This document shows, one piece after another, positions 1 to 15,000 of a DNA stretch of 64,000 nucleotides. The stretch is from a bacterium. GTDB lineage: Bacteria > Patescibacteriota > Minisyncoccia > Phycocordibacterales > UBA1006. The stretch's first letter is position 1; each line of letters opens with the position of its first letter. Both the position numbers and the translations under genes were made by a program. Under the pieces are notes generated by a model. It made no database searches and had not been told where the DNA came from. It saw only the letters and a list, made by a program, of their open reading frames with translations. The stretch is from the NCBI GenBank assembly GCA_043771175.1, contig JAYVHO010000006.1, positions 9,800 through 73,799 on the forward strand, given 5' to 3'.

Positions 1-3000
1 TTTCTTGAGCATTCGTAAGTGTTTGGAAATCAACATTTTGTATTGTCCACACTGAGTCATTTGCCGTAACGTCACCATTAGTTCCATCATCGTACAGTGG
101 ATACACTCCTCCATTACTTACAGATTCATTAAAGTATGTTCCGTTATTATCGGTATCAATCATCAAAGAGAAGTTTGATGCATTTGCGATATTAAATTGT
201 GAATCATTTACATCAATTTGAAGCGTTACGTTTCCAATATCACTTGATGGTTGTTGTACTTGCCAGCGCTTTCCAAGAATTTGATATCCGGTTGGTGCTT
301 GTCCCGTTACAAAGCTTGCTGATCCACCATTATCTGCCATCGTCATAAATGACTTATCAGTTGGAATAGTTCCACTGGTAGTTGAAAGCGTAATAATACC
401 TGTGTCTGCTTGTGAGCGTGACTTTGATTTCACCTGTGAAAGACCAGAAGCATCATCACGTCCAATTCCAAAGATGTCGTTAACATACGTAGCTTCTGTT
501 ACCAAACTATCACTACTCCACATCTTGGTGGTTGAGTCAGATGCAATATAGTCAGTAGGTACCGTTTGATCCATTACCAGTCCATATTTAAGTGCCAAAT
601 ATGACTCAATACGTTGGTTAATATCACCACTTGTGTTGTCACCTGCATAAACAATGATTTCTCCCATTTTTTGATCTGAGTATGCAAATTGTCCTCCTCC
701 AAGTCGTGTGTAGGCGTTCGTTGACGTCATTGGTGAGGCAACTGGGTAGGTAATCATTACCTTATTATCACGAAGTAGAGAAACTTCATCTGGCCCAGTG
801 GTCTTGTTATACATGTGCCACATGTGAGTAGATGGGAAGGTGGTTCCAGCATTGCCGAAGTTTACTGATTGTGCAGAAGTTCCATAAATATAATGATTTG
901 CACCACCTTGTGAAATTCCTCGGATTCCAAAGTATCCAGAACCATTCATTCCTGTTTGGTTCAACATTTCATTGTTTTCACCACTGCTATCAGCAGCAGA
1001 TACCATATAGAGGTGCAGGTCATTATAGGTGTCCGCGTTCAAAATTCCTCCAATTGAAGCTGGAACATCCATGTATTCGTTATTACCACCTACAAAGTCT
1101 ACTGCAGCGTTAAAGTTAATCGCTTGTGAAGACGTTGCGTTTTGGTAATCAGGTATATTGGCTGCAACAAGAGTTTTGTTGTTTCCAGAAAGGTCAAGCC
1201 ATCGTACTGCCTGGTTGGTTCCTTGTACTGCTGGTACGGTTGCTCCAGTATCAGAATACACTCCCGTATCAGCCTTATACCATGCTTTCATTCCTGTTGA
1301 ATATCCTCCTGGTGCTGGTGGAATATTTTGTGCTACGGTGAAGTATTGACCAGATGCAAGCGTAAGATTATTAATCGTATACACTTTATCACCTGCTGTT
1401 TGGTCACCATTGGTTCCATCATCAAACATTGGGATTACCGTTCCACCTGTTTCATCAGTGAAGTTAGCCGTAGCTGCTGCTTCATCATCTACTACAAGGT
1501 AAAGGATTCCGTTTGCTGATGAGATGGTTGGAATATCAGAAATATTACTGCTGTTGGTATTTTCAGTATTTATTGCAAGGGTTACCGTTCCTACGGTTCC
1601 TGTTTTTTCAAACTTCCAGTTACGTGTAATAACTTGTTTGCCTGTTGGTGCACCGGTAGTTGTCCATACGCGTGCATCAGCACCATTGCTGGCAATTGAA
1701 GCTCCAGAAAGATCCGCACTAAAGGTACTTGGGGTTGAAAGATTATTTCCGTTTCCAAGTGTCCAAATAGCAGTTGCATTTACTGATCGTGATTTAAGTT
1801 GTGAAAGATCTGCCGCATCATCGCGCGCAATTGCGGTAATACTCTGTGAATATGCATTATTAAGTGCGGTATATACTTTTGATGTTCCGTTTGAAAGAAC
1901 GTAATCATTTGCAAGGTAATTAGCAGCAAAATAAATATCTTGTGTCGGTTGTGTTCCTACACTAGTTAATAATGTACCGCCAGAATAGGTACTCGTTGAC
2001 TGGAACCTATTATAGAACGATCCTGTTGTCTGGCCAAATACCATGGTATATGCGGATCCAGATGTAACATTAAATGGCGTAGTAAGTTGAACGGTATATA
2101 CCGTACTGGCTGTAGTTGGTGCAGTAAATGCTTGAGTATATACAGGCGATGCAATACACGTTCCTGATGTAGCAGATGCTCCATTACATAGGTATAACGT
2201 TCCAGGTCCACTATTTTGGGTACCAGAACTATTGGTCTGCAAGGTGATAGAGCCTATTTGACCAGTCGCACTTGCGGTGAACGTCTGCCCCCACCCAACG
2301 GTTTGACCCGAACCACCGTTAGAATCATTCTGTAGGTTTTGATCGATACCTTTGTTTAACGTAATACCATATTTAATTGCGAGGTATGATTCAATTTTTT
2401 GTTGAGATGTACCAGATGATTGATCAGCACCATAGTAGATTGCTTCTGCAATACCTCCGTTATACCATCCATTACTTACTCCAAGGTATGATACGCCGTT
2501 GTTACCAGTAACCGCAGAGCCAGATGCACTACTAGTGAGTTCTGCACCGTTGCGTGCAATAGACATTCTATTTCCACCGGTGGTTTTAACCTGAGTTTTC
2601 CAGATATATGGAGTTAATGTGTTTGTACCAGCGTTTGCGTTGGTTGAATCCAGTGTTGTTCCAGCACTATTGGTAAGACGTGTAGTGGTATTACTTACTC
2701 CCAATCGGAAATTAAGTGCCGTACCGGTGTTTGCATGATTATAGATATCTTCATTACCAGAAAGATCTAAATTATTCACTACCACATATGCATACACGTC
2801 GTTATAGGTATTGGTTCCAAGGACTCCTCCTCGTGCCCCTGGTACCTGCATGGCATAACCATCACCTGATGCATACATTACTGGGTTAAAGTTAATAGCG
2901 GTATTGGTAGTAGTTGAAGGATTTGCGGCGGTAGTGGTACGGTATGTTGGCGCAGTGCTGTACATTTGCATCCACTTGTCATTTCCTGACATATCGTTCC

Positions 3001-6000
3001 AACGGTTCATACTATTTCCATCAACTGCTGGTGTTGTTCCGTTTACATCACTATATACACCTTTGTTTGCCTTATACCACGCCATGATTCCGGTTGAAAC
3101 CGCACCTGGAGTTGGTAAGGTATTTTGTGCAAAGGTAAATTTATTAGTGTCGTCCAGTGCAACATTTGAAAGTGAATAGATTCTGTCGTTTGCGGTGGTA
3201 TCACCGTTGATTCCATCATCATTCATTGCCAAGATTCCAGTACCCAATACTTCATCCGTCAAAAGTCCATCTTCATTACTATCAAAGATAGTATAAAGGG
3301 TATTATTAAGTGCCGTAACATCAGGAAGGTTGCGTGATCCTGTTCCTTGAGTATTTTCAAGGTTTACCGCAATGGTGTAATTATTTGCTGCGGTTCCAAT
3401 TTCTCGTGCACGCCATTCAATTACAGAAGACGCAGTTCCTGGACGCATATATCCAGATGGAATAGTAGCGCTTGAAGTCCAGGTTGTTGCAGATCCATTA
3501 TTGTCTCCAATAATAAGTGCATCATTATTAGCAAGAGTAGCTTTACTGATTCTTACAATTCCTCCATTTCCAAGAGTTGAAGTATTAGCAGTTGAAAGTG
3601 ATGACAATTGTTCAAGAGCTGAGGCATTATCTTTCATAATACCCGTTACATAATTGTGATATGTATCATAGCTCCAAATAGTGGTTCCACTTCCGTTTAC
3701 AAGATCAGGTTTAATATCTACATCAAAGTACAAATCTTGTGTTCCAAATCCTGCTTGGTTACCACCAAGATATACATCAGAGCTTTGAATACGGAGGAAT
3801 ACATTTGTTGGTGCAGTAATAAGGAATGTGTACTGTGTTCCCGCGATTACTTCATATGGTGTCGTAAGCGGAATGGTAAAGTTAGTGTTAAGAGCCGTAG
3901 GTATAGTGGTAAGTACTTGTGAATAGTGAGTTGCACTGATAGGACTTGCAATACAGGTAGCCATTGCCACCGCTCCGGTACAAATATGAAGTGTTCCACC
4001 AGCTGCATTTGCAGTTGCTCCTGTTTGAAGAGTAATATTATTAATTCCTCCCGTTACTGACGCAGTAATTACTTGTCCCACATTTGTTGATGCCGTGTTG
4101 GTGGCATTAAGACTCAGTTGATCCTCTCCTCCAATATAGGTTGTTCCATATTTTAGTGACAAGTACGTATCAACCTTTTGACGTTGAACAGAAGTTAATT
4201 CCCATGGATACAAAATGTGTTCTCCAACACGTCCTGTCCAGTCAGCGGTATCATAATTACTACCGTTAATACGCAATTCTAATTGATCATTTGTTTGCAT
4301 CGAAATATTTGTTGTCAAATATGCGGTTCGCTTTCCATTACCCCAAATTGAGTTTGTATTTGTGGTAGTTGCAGCTGAATCACCTCCACTGTAACTTGCA
4401 CCCATAGTAAATGGAGTGTTAGCAGATTGTTGCTCAATCGTACCAGGTGTTACTTCCATGTTATTAATTTGGTGATCACGAACACGAATTTCTCCCGCAG
4501 CGTTTTCTGTACCGTATGGGTATCGCGCGGTTGGTGTTACGTCATCTCCATAGGTAAAGAGGAATTGAGTAGCTGTAGGCGTAGCTGCAGTTACCGCAGA
4601 ATACAGAGTACGCGCAGCGTTCATCATTGGAAGCCCCCATGTATAAATAGTACGTGTAGATTCAAGGCTTGAAGATACATTTGTTCCAACCAAGAACTTA
4701 TCAGAATTATTATTAATAATTGGATTACCGTTAACAAGGTTTACCGAATCATTCTCATAGGTGTTTCCTCCATCAGTACGTCCTGCAGCGTTTATAATCG
4801 GTGATACAGAATCCCATCGTATAATATGTGTTCCATCGGTGGTGGTTGCTGCAGCTCCTGTAGTATCAGTAAACATCTTTGTTCCTGCTTTATACCACGC
4901 CGTTTGTGGTGCATATACACGGAGCAAATTATTAGGAATATTTATACAAGACCCAGAACAAGTTGAGGCGTTGTTCTTCCAGGTGAGGTTAAAGTCTCCT
5001 GTTCCACCACGGTTTGACCATTTCACCCGCACGTTTTTCCATCCTGTTGATGTTGGGGTATATACTCCTTCACTGTTTGCTGTTGCAACACCCGTGATAA
5101 TTGGTTGATCATCAATCCACAAACTAAACATGTCATTAGTAGTTCCCGTATAATTGAATACTTTTTGAGTAGTATCCGTCATATTCATTTGTCCATATAC
5201 TTCCATTGATCCTTCCTCATTTGAAAGTCCAATATTACTAATACTAGCATCATCAATATTTGCAAAGTCACTGGTATACCACATCATGTGAGGTACAGAA
5301 TACGGTGAATCCTTACCGATTGAGTTTTCATTATCAGTAGCTGATGTGTTTCCACTTGGGAATTCGTTATATGCTTCAACACGAAGTCCAGGCATATAGT
5401 CAGCCACTACTCCTCCTGGTGCTGATTGATAGGTAGCAACTGTAAAGTATGCATTGGTACTGAAGTTTACTTGTCCAAAATCAAGGTACAAGGTAGACAC
5501 ATCTGCTGCAGTTTTAAATTGTGGAATTGCAGTAGCAATCGCTGTTGAACCACTGTCAAATACACCGTCAGCATCGGTCAAAAGGGTGTATGTTTGTCCA
5601 GGAATCAAATCTATAGCACGTGCAGAAGATCCACCTATACGTACATATGGGTTAGTGGTAATAGTTCCCGTAGTTTTGGTTTTCCAAGTTCGTCCAATAC
5701 GAAGGTTTACTGACCCATGAGTAATTGGAGTATCAAAGAATCTTGATCCGTTATCATTACCCCACACAAGCCATGTCTTGTTGGCATTCATTTGTGTACG
5801 AGTAGGATCATTATTAGCGATGAAAAAGTGATTATCAAGTGCCATGGTTACAATATCATCATCGTTTACACCATGTGCAATCTTTCGGTTTAACCCTCCA
5901 GCATCATCTCGTCCAATTCCCGCAACATCGTTGTGATATGAAACGGCAACACCTCCAACAATAGTTGCTTGTTCAGCACCCACACTGTCTCCGGTATCAT

Positions 6001-9000
6001 CACCATCAGTGTGCCCATTCCAAACTGATGTGGTTCCATCAGAAAGAATATAATCTCCTTCTCCAAATCCTCCAGCAAAAAGGTCGTTATCATTAGATCC
6101 CGCTGCACCGTTTCCAGATGGATCAACATTTGAAAGTGTCATTCCATATTTAAGTGCAAGATATGATTGAATCTTAGTTTGTTCAAGGTCGGTTTGTCCA
6201 GAATTGTTTCCAACATAGAATACCATTTCTGCAATTCGTCCTTGGAAATATTGTGTACCTTCAGCCGCACCAATTTCAAAATCATCAGATGTTCCAGAAA
6301 TTGCGGTAGTATCATTTACATTTTTTCCTATTTCATCAGTACTATTTGAAATCATTACCTTACCATTCTTACGGATAAACTTACCCGTAGCGTTAGTTGT
6401 TTGAGTACCATATGTACTTATATACGGTCGCTGAAGAACATTTCCTGAATCATAGTAATTCACATACATACAGCCTGAAGATGCTGCATTTGAACATGTG
6501 GCATTACCTGAGAATAGATATTCTCTACCCGACACAATAGAATCAGCTTGATACTTTTTCCCACCTGAAAGACCTTGATGGAAAAGGGTTGATGATACTG
6601 TTGAATTTGTTTGTGAGACGATATATGTATAGGTATCCAAATTATCTGCTCCAAATGATTCCGCATTTGAAATAAGTCCAATTGGTCCGTCGCCATCCAT
6701 ATCTTGTAGTCGGTCATTAGAACCATCAAACAAAAGTGTTGGGTTGTAGTTATATGCACCCGCTGATGCTCCTGTATAAAGGTCTGGATATGCCGAAACG
6801 GTGCTCATTCCCATATCAATCTGGTTTCCAGACTGATCTTTCCAGTAATTAACATCCAAGAGAGAGTTCGAATCGTTATCAGATACTGTTGTGACATCTT
6901 GATCTGCCGCATACCATGCTCGTAGATTTCCGGATACTCCTCCTGGTGCCGCTGGAGTAATTTGCGCAAAGGTAAATTCAGTTGCAGTTGCAAGGTTGAT
7001 CTGTATGTTATAAATACCATCACCATTGGTCGTATCTCCATTAGTTCCATCGTCGTACATTGGTGCAAGATCTGTTGCATCCAAAAGATCATTGTCATTA
7101 TTTTGGTCATACAAGAAGTAAAGCTTTCCATCAGTTCCATTTACTTCAGAAATATTTGAATCGGTGTCAGTAGTGTCTACTGAAAGGTTAAGTGTAGTTA
7201 CTCCGTCTCCATTTTCTTGATAGAACCATTCACGTTGCCCCGCTGAAGTACCAATTCTTTGATATCCAGATGGTGCTGCAGTGGTTGTCCAACCGGTAGT
7301 AAATCCACTGTTTTTGTTAGAAATTGATACAAATTCAAGATCTGCAAGGTCCGCAGGTACGTTTGCCGCAATGGTTACAATACCATTTATTGATTGTTGT
7401 TTTGACTTTGTGGTCAAAAGGTCTGATCCAGTGTCTTTTCCAAATCCAGCAATGTCTTGATTGTAGGTACCTGCTACCGTTGTATCCCACATTTTGGTGG
7501 TTCCGTTTGATGCAAGATAATCTGGTGATGTCATTGAATACGTAAAGAAGAGGTCTCCGGCAAACACTGAAGAAGCAAAGGTTGCCGTTCCACCAGCATA
7601 TGCATTAGTATTTTGAGCAATCAAGTTAATATTGGTTCCTGATGTAGTAGAAAGTACAAATGTATACAAACTTGCTGCAGTTATAGGGAATGCTGTATTA
7701 AGAGGAATAGTAAATACCGTTGAAACTGCTGTTGGGATATTGGTAACGGATTGAGAATATGCAGGTGCAGCGGCACATGCAGATGCAAGTACTGCTCCGG
7801 CACAGATTGAAAGTGTTCCTGTTGCACCATTGGCAGTTGTTATACCTGTTTTAAGGGTTATTTCATTAATATAACCAGTAGATGGTGCAGTAATTTGTTG
7901 ACCTTGATCTGCAGCAATGGTCATATTTACGTTATTTAAAATCTGAGCATCACCTGGTTGTAACCATGTGGTTCCATATTTAAATGCCATGTAACTTCTT
8001 ATCTTTTTCACCTCAGTCACTGATGGTTCAACGTTATATGACATTATTTCAGCAATATTTCCATCCCATGTTTCAGTGTTTTCTGATCCAATCTTAGTAG
8101 GCCCTGCACCAAAGGTGTTATTAAATCCAGCAAGTGTTTCACTGATACCGTTTACACTGGCAGTAACTCCAACACCAACACCTGGTGTATTCCACTTAAA
8201 TCCAAGCATAAATGGTGTATTTGCTGCTGGCATTGGAATTGATGATGTTCGATTACTTGCACTGTTGTCATACCAAACGGGATCTGTATCATAGATTCCA
8301 AACATTGGATCATTGGTGTTTCCAGCACCTTGTTCAAAGAGTGATGTCCACGTACCAGTAAGGTTTGGTTTAGTTACCATTGAGAATATCCGTCCGTTTG
8401 TAACATTGCTCAATATTGATGTTGACCCAGCAAGTTGCAAGTTATCATCTACTGCATCAAAAGTAAGTGATGGTTGGAAGTTAATGGCATTTGCAGATGT
8501 TGATCCTGCAAATATTGGTCGTTGCCCAACGGTTGATTGACTCATATTGTTACTATTTCCAGAAAGGTCATTCCACTGTCGTACTGATTGACCATTGGTT
8601 GTAAGTGTTGAACCAGTATCAGAATATACTTTACTTCCTGCATTCACCCAAAGGTTAAGTCCTGTTGAAACTCCTCCTGGTGCTGCCGGAGTTTTTTGCC
8701 CAAAGGTAAATACTTCTGTGTTAACCAGTGTTACGGTTTGTGCAGTCCATACATTATCATTTGCACTTGTATCACCATTGGTTCCATCGTCATACATAAC
8801 CACAGGTGTTTCATCGGCAAATCCGTTTCCAGTTGCAGTAATATCGCCGAGAAGATATAACTTTCCATCTGGTCCCGTAATATTTGGTAAATCCAAGTCG
8901 GTGTCATTAGTATCTACTTCAATTTTAACTGTTCCAGGAGTACTCGTAACTTGTGTCTTCCATGATCGATTAAGTCGTTGATATCCAGTAGCAGTACCAA

Positions 9001-12000
9001 GTCCATCGTATGCACCGGTTGATATAAATGTCGAAGCGTCTTGTCCATTGTTTCCAACAATTAGGAAGTCTCCATCACCAAGGCTCGATGGTGTTCCAAT
9101 GGTTATCATACCATTCTTCATTTGTGACTTAGATTTTAATTGGAGAAGTCCTGAAGCATTATCTTGTGCAATAGCCGTAACTTCATTACTATAAAGTGCA
9201 TTTACCCCAATTGATACTAACGGAATATCATAATCATAAACAGCTGTTGTTGAGAGGTTTCCAACAAGCACCATGATAGATCCAGATGGGTTAAAAGCAA
9301 TTCCAGCCATTTGTCCGTCTTGTGTACCCACAGCGAATCGTGCAACTTGAATAGCAGTTGAAATATCAAATGCCGTGGTCAAAACATATTGATGAACGAA
9401 ATCATTGGTATACCCAACAATATACATTCGTGTTCCTGTGGCATCAAAAGCTAGTCCGTTAGTGTTTGAATCTTGATTACTAGCATCAAAAGTTATTCCA
9501 CTATTAACACCAGTACTGATATCATATGCTGTTGCTAAATTAAATTGATACACAAAGTCGTTACCACCTTGAAGCACAAATATTTTAGTTCCATCGTTAT
9601 TGAATGTCATTCCAACACTTGTAGTACTTGGAATGGTAAGACTCTTTGAACCAGATGCGGCATATGTTTGAGCGGTTGAAACATCAAATGCAGTCGTCAA
9701 AGTATATTGATATACAACCCCTACTGCTCCTGCTACATACATTTTGGTTCCATCATTACTAAAGGCAAGTGCAGTTGGAGTGGCTACTTCTGCATTTACG
9801 GTGAATTGTTTAGATGCATATACTGCTGTAGACACAACGTAAGGAGTAGAAAGTGTATATTGATATACTTTTCCAGAAGTTGTGGTTCCTGAAGTATACA
9901 TACATGACCCAAGTGAAGGACAGCCAGCAGTTGTTACGGTATTAAACCTCACATCACTCATTTGAGTATTTTCAGTATTGAGTGCCTTAGTATGTCCGCC
10001 AGTAAATGATGTAGCTGCAACAGATGTATCATTTCCATCCCATACTACAGCTCCTGTAGAACTGAGGTAATCTCCTTCTACTACGGTTTCAATTCCATTA
10101 GCACGATCAAATGGCAATAGTGTTGTACCATACTTCATCGCCAAGTATGATTCAACCTTGTATCGTTCAGTACCAGAAAGTTGTGCTGGGTAATGAATAA
10201 TTTCTGAAATATTTCCATTGAAGTTATGTCCACCAAAATCCGCATAATCTCCAACTTCATACAACCGTGTTGATACTCCAAGGTGCAAACGTTGAGTGTT
10301 TGTCCCAGTACCACGCTGAAGTCCGTATCCATAAGTAGTTTGAACGGTACTGTCAACTGCTCCAACAGGGTTAGTTACCGCAGCAGTTGTTCCTGTGAAC
10401 ATAAATGGAACATTTGATTGAATAACTCCCGTATAACTGTTTGCAGTATTACTGCTTGATTGCCCAATTTCAAGCTGACCAGAAGTTAGTTCTCGTCCAA
10501 AAGTAGTTGTACTTGTGTTGGTTGCTCCTGCTCCATTGTCATATCCATATGAATAGAACATTTCTGAAGAAGCTGTAACGGTTGGGTCCATTCCAACAAC
10601 AAAACTAGTATTCGCTCCTCCCATATATGCCAAACCGTTAGTCCATCCAAAGTAGTCATTTGCATCTTGGTTACCGTTGGTTGCATTGGTATTACGAGCA
10701 TTGGTAAAAATTCCTAGTGATGCACTTGTGACATTAAGTGATGGGTTAAAGTTTATACCTGAAGCTCCTGTCGCGCTGTTATAATTTGCTCCTGTACCAT
10801 CAACAAACGTAACTGCATCTACAAGATCATTATTAGGTACCAGTGCGCTGTTTTCCCAGGTGTTAACTTTATCGTTATCTACAGCAGGGTCAGCTTTTGT
10901 GGTCCAGTAATCGTCATATGCTCCAGCATCAGCCTTAAACCACATAGCCAGAGGTGCTTCTACACGGAAGTCATCACTGTCCAGTGCCGTTCGTGCAAAT
11001 GCACCAGTACCTGTTTTGGTCCATGATATACCAATTGAATCAGTCGTTGCATTTTCTTTGTGACGCAAACGGAATCTCATCAGTCCTGCGCTTGGTGTAG
11101 TAAGTGTCAGTGATGCTGATGTTGCGGTACTAACAGAACCAATATTTATAATTCGTTCAGTATCATCTAATAGTCCATCTGCGTTAATATCCACCCACAA
11201 TTGTGCAGCATCATCTACGTTTCCAGTAGCTGAACCAGCGTCCAAGGTAAAGGTATATCCAGTACCGGTGGTTGGAATTACAATGTATCCATTAAATTCT
11301 TCCGCATAGTTATCGTCCCATTGACCATTAGCAACACTTCCTAGATTTGTACCCTGAATATGATCAGCATAACTGGTCATAATAGGAGCAGCAAAACTTG
11401 TTCCTGTTCCTACGTTTTCAAGTGCAAGTGCATCATTAGCGTACCAGTTGGTTGGTGAAACAAATGAATCACTCCATGTGTTATCAATGTAAATTTGTGA
11501 ACGAACACCATTAATTACTTTACTGGTTACTCCTCCTGGTGCAATCATTTTAGTTGCAAGTGAGTAGAATTTAGCAGTAGTAAGAGTTACGCCAGCAAAG
11601 GTAACTAAACTAGTTGTTCCAGATGCTACAGCGGTTGCAGTTGCAAGTTCCGTAGGTGACGCCATATTAGCAGTTGCAGATTCAAGAATTACATATTGTT
11701 GTCCGTTCTTAAGACGCATTACGCTTGGATTACTGAACTGAATATTTACTGCTCTTGAAGCAAGTCCCGTCATCTTAACTTTCCATACACGATTCATGCG
11801 TGTGTTGGTATTAGTAGTCGTTACCGCAGTGTCAAAATATTGTGTACCACCATTGTGTCCCCACATAATAGCTTGTTTATTTGTTGCAAGTTGCGTAGGA
11901 CGTGCAACAGTATCACTGTTTGCAGCAGTAAAGTTATTATCAAGCGCAATAGACATTGTGTTGTCATTATTGATAGAACGCGCAATACGCTGATCGAGTG

Positions 12001-15000
12001 CAGAAATATCATCACGCACCAATCCTGCAACGTTATAATGGAACGCCGCATCAGCACCTGCGATTCCTCCGGTTAATGATCCATCCCATACGGTGGTGGT
12101 TCCATCAGAAAGAATATACTTTCCTTCATCAATGGAAGAAAGGGTATCTACATTTGAAAGTGTCTTTCCGTATTTAAGCGCCATGTATGATTCAATACGT
12201 TGTGTTTCTGCAGCAGTTTGTATAGATCCTTGCGCATAGGTAATTACTTCTCCAATGCGTCCAGTCATTGATGAAGTATTACTTGCAGTAGCACCAAGTA
12301 CCATTTGTGTCCCTGTTCCAGCAAATGACACCTGTGTTGCATCGAGTGAGTTCGTAAATACACGTCCATCTTTTTTAACACGTTGTCCAATAGTTCCATC
12401 ACCATCATTAGTAGTTGATCCAACTTCTGATGTTAAGTAATAAGTGTGATCGCTCATTCCAATATTCGCAGCAGAAACAATTACTTCATTGGTTGTTGCA
12501 TCTCCAAGACGTGAATAGTAGTTTGGTCCTGTTTGAAGAGCAATGGTTGCAAATCCGTCAGCAGAAAGAGTCGTATTTTCTGAAAGCAACCAGTCATTGG
12601 TTCCTTGTTCATCTGACATGTAGAAGAAGTACTTTGATGAGTTGGTATATGTTGTTCCTGTTCCCAAAATTCCGTTTGCATCGTAAAGGTTGTCTGATTC
12701 TGCAGCACAGGTATTATTACCAAATACAAAGTTAGTACTGGCGTTTACTCCACAAAATTGGAGTGTTTGTTGGTAGTTAGCATTAGCGTCAACTATCAAT
12801 CTTGGAATTCCTCCAGAAAGACCATCTGAGAAGTTATTTCCGTTTCCTGATTGATCTTTAATTAAAGCAACATCAGTTCCTGCAGTTGCAGCAGTGGTTC
12901 CAAGTGTGTCGGTATATACATCCTTGTCTGCACGTAGCCACAATTTAAGACCTGAAGCCACTCCTCCTGGAGCTTGTGCGTTATTTGGAAGTGCAATAGT
13001 AAAATAATCACCGTTTGCAAATGCAACACCAGAGAATGTTATAACAGTTCCAGAAACAGTTGGTGTGATTGGTGATATCGTGGCACCCGCTGCAAAGTTT
13101 GCATCAGCATCTATCAAAAGTCGAACTTGTGACATATCAGTTGCTCCAGCGTTGTGTGCAGCAAGATCAAGTGAAACATTCACCGTTCCAACATCTCCTA
13201 TTTTTTGAACTTGCCATTCACGGACAATTCGCCCATTCGTATACACAGGAAGACCAGCTGCCGGAAGTTCAGAATTTTGAACGCCAACTGCAGCACTGTC
13301 ACCTCCTACTGACAAGAATTCCATATCAGCAACCGTAGTGCTGTTTTGGTTTACTACTTCAATAATTGGTGAACCGGTCACAGATTGTGATGTTGTTTTA
13401 TATTTCAAAAGTCCAGAAACATCATCACGTCCAACTCCAGCAATACCAAGATTATGAGTTGAAGCACCTGATAGATCCTTATTCCACATCATTGTTGACC
13501 CATTAGATGCAAAGTATGTTGGAGAATTCGTTGTGTATTCAAAATATAAATCATTAGGTGACAATGATCCCGCTGCATTAAATGCAGTATTTCCTGTTCC
13601 TGGATAAATATCAGTTGAATTAGAGCGAAGTGCTACTGTCTTTCCAGCAGCCGTTGTATCTCCAAGAACCAAAGCATATGAAGTCCCAGCAGCAACAGTG
13701 TATGGTGTTGTTATAGAAATAGTAAATTTAGTACTTACAGGAACAACGCTGAGTAGTCCTGAAAGCCCAGCACCATACGTTACGGTTCCAACCGCTTGTG
13801 AATATGCAGGTGAAGCAATACATGCCGCAACATTTGTTGCATTTGGGTTTGAAACGATAGCACCAGTACAAATATAGAGATTAAGGTTTGATGAGTTGGC
13901 AGTCGCAGAACGTGTCATAAAACTCACATTAGTAATTGCAGCATTGGTTTTTGCCGTAAATACTTGTCCTACTGAGGTGCTTACCAGCGCATCTTGATTA
14001 TTAGTAAGTTGCAATTCTCCTCCCACTTGAGTAATTCCGTATTTAAATGCCAAATATGAGTTAATTTTATTTATTTCCGCTGCTGTATGTTGAGAGTTAT
14101 AAAATACCATTTCACCAACAGCACCATCAAAATTTTGTTCGCTGGTTGTATATGAACCAAAGTTCATCGCTGCAGTACTTGGTGTAATCGGACTATATGA
14201 AGCATTTTGTGCAACAGTTTTTCCATTTTGTTGAATTTGTTGTCCAATAAATGATCCTGTTGAATAATCAGCAGTATTGTAAAGATATGGTTGACCAAGC
14301 ACTGTACCAAGTGTCGTGTGTGGTACTGAAACAGTTGTACCGGAATCATGATATAACGTTGTGTTACTTAACGAAAGAATGAAATTTGTTCCTTGTCCTC
14401 CCCAAAGCCCTGAGTGAGAAACAGTACCTTGTGTTTCTTGTGAGGCAACGTTATATGTTTCCCAGTTTGAAAGTGTTGTTCCTGTTGGAAGCAAGTTAGT
14501 TGCAGTAGTTGTAAGTATATCGTTTTCTGCATCTTCAAAATCTACAACTGGGTTATAGTTAATCGCAAGTGTATTGGTTGCAGAGCGGAATTCTGGATTT
14601 GCTTGTTGTGTAGTCAAGTTGAACCCATTTCCTGATTGGTCTTTCCAAGAAGCCATAGAAGCTCCATCAGTTGCAACGGTAGTGTTTGCAGTTGTTGTAA
14701 ATGTCCCTGCGTCAGCCTTATACCATGCACGAAGTCCAGATGTTACTCCTCCTGGTGCGGTTCGAGGTAATACCATAGTAAAGTATTGTCCATCAACCAA
14801 TGACACACCAGTAAAACTTACACTGTTGTCAGTTGAATTATAAGTAGGTTCTCCTGAGGTTGGATATACCGTTTGTGTTCCACTGGCAAAGTTTCCATTA
14901 TCATCAACAACTAATCTAAATCCAGAAACATTTGCAGGAGAAATATTCATTGCATCCAAATCAAAAGTAAGCTTAAATGTTCCCATTGCAGGATCAACCG

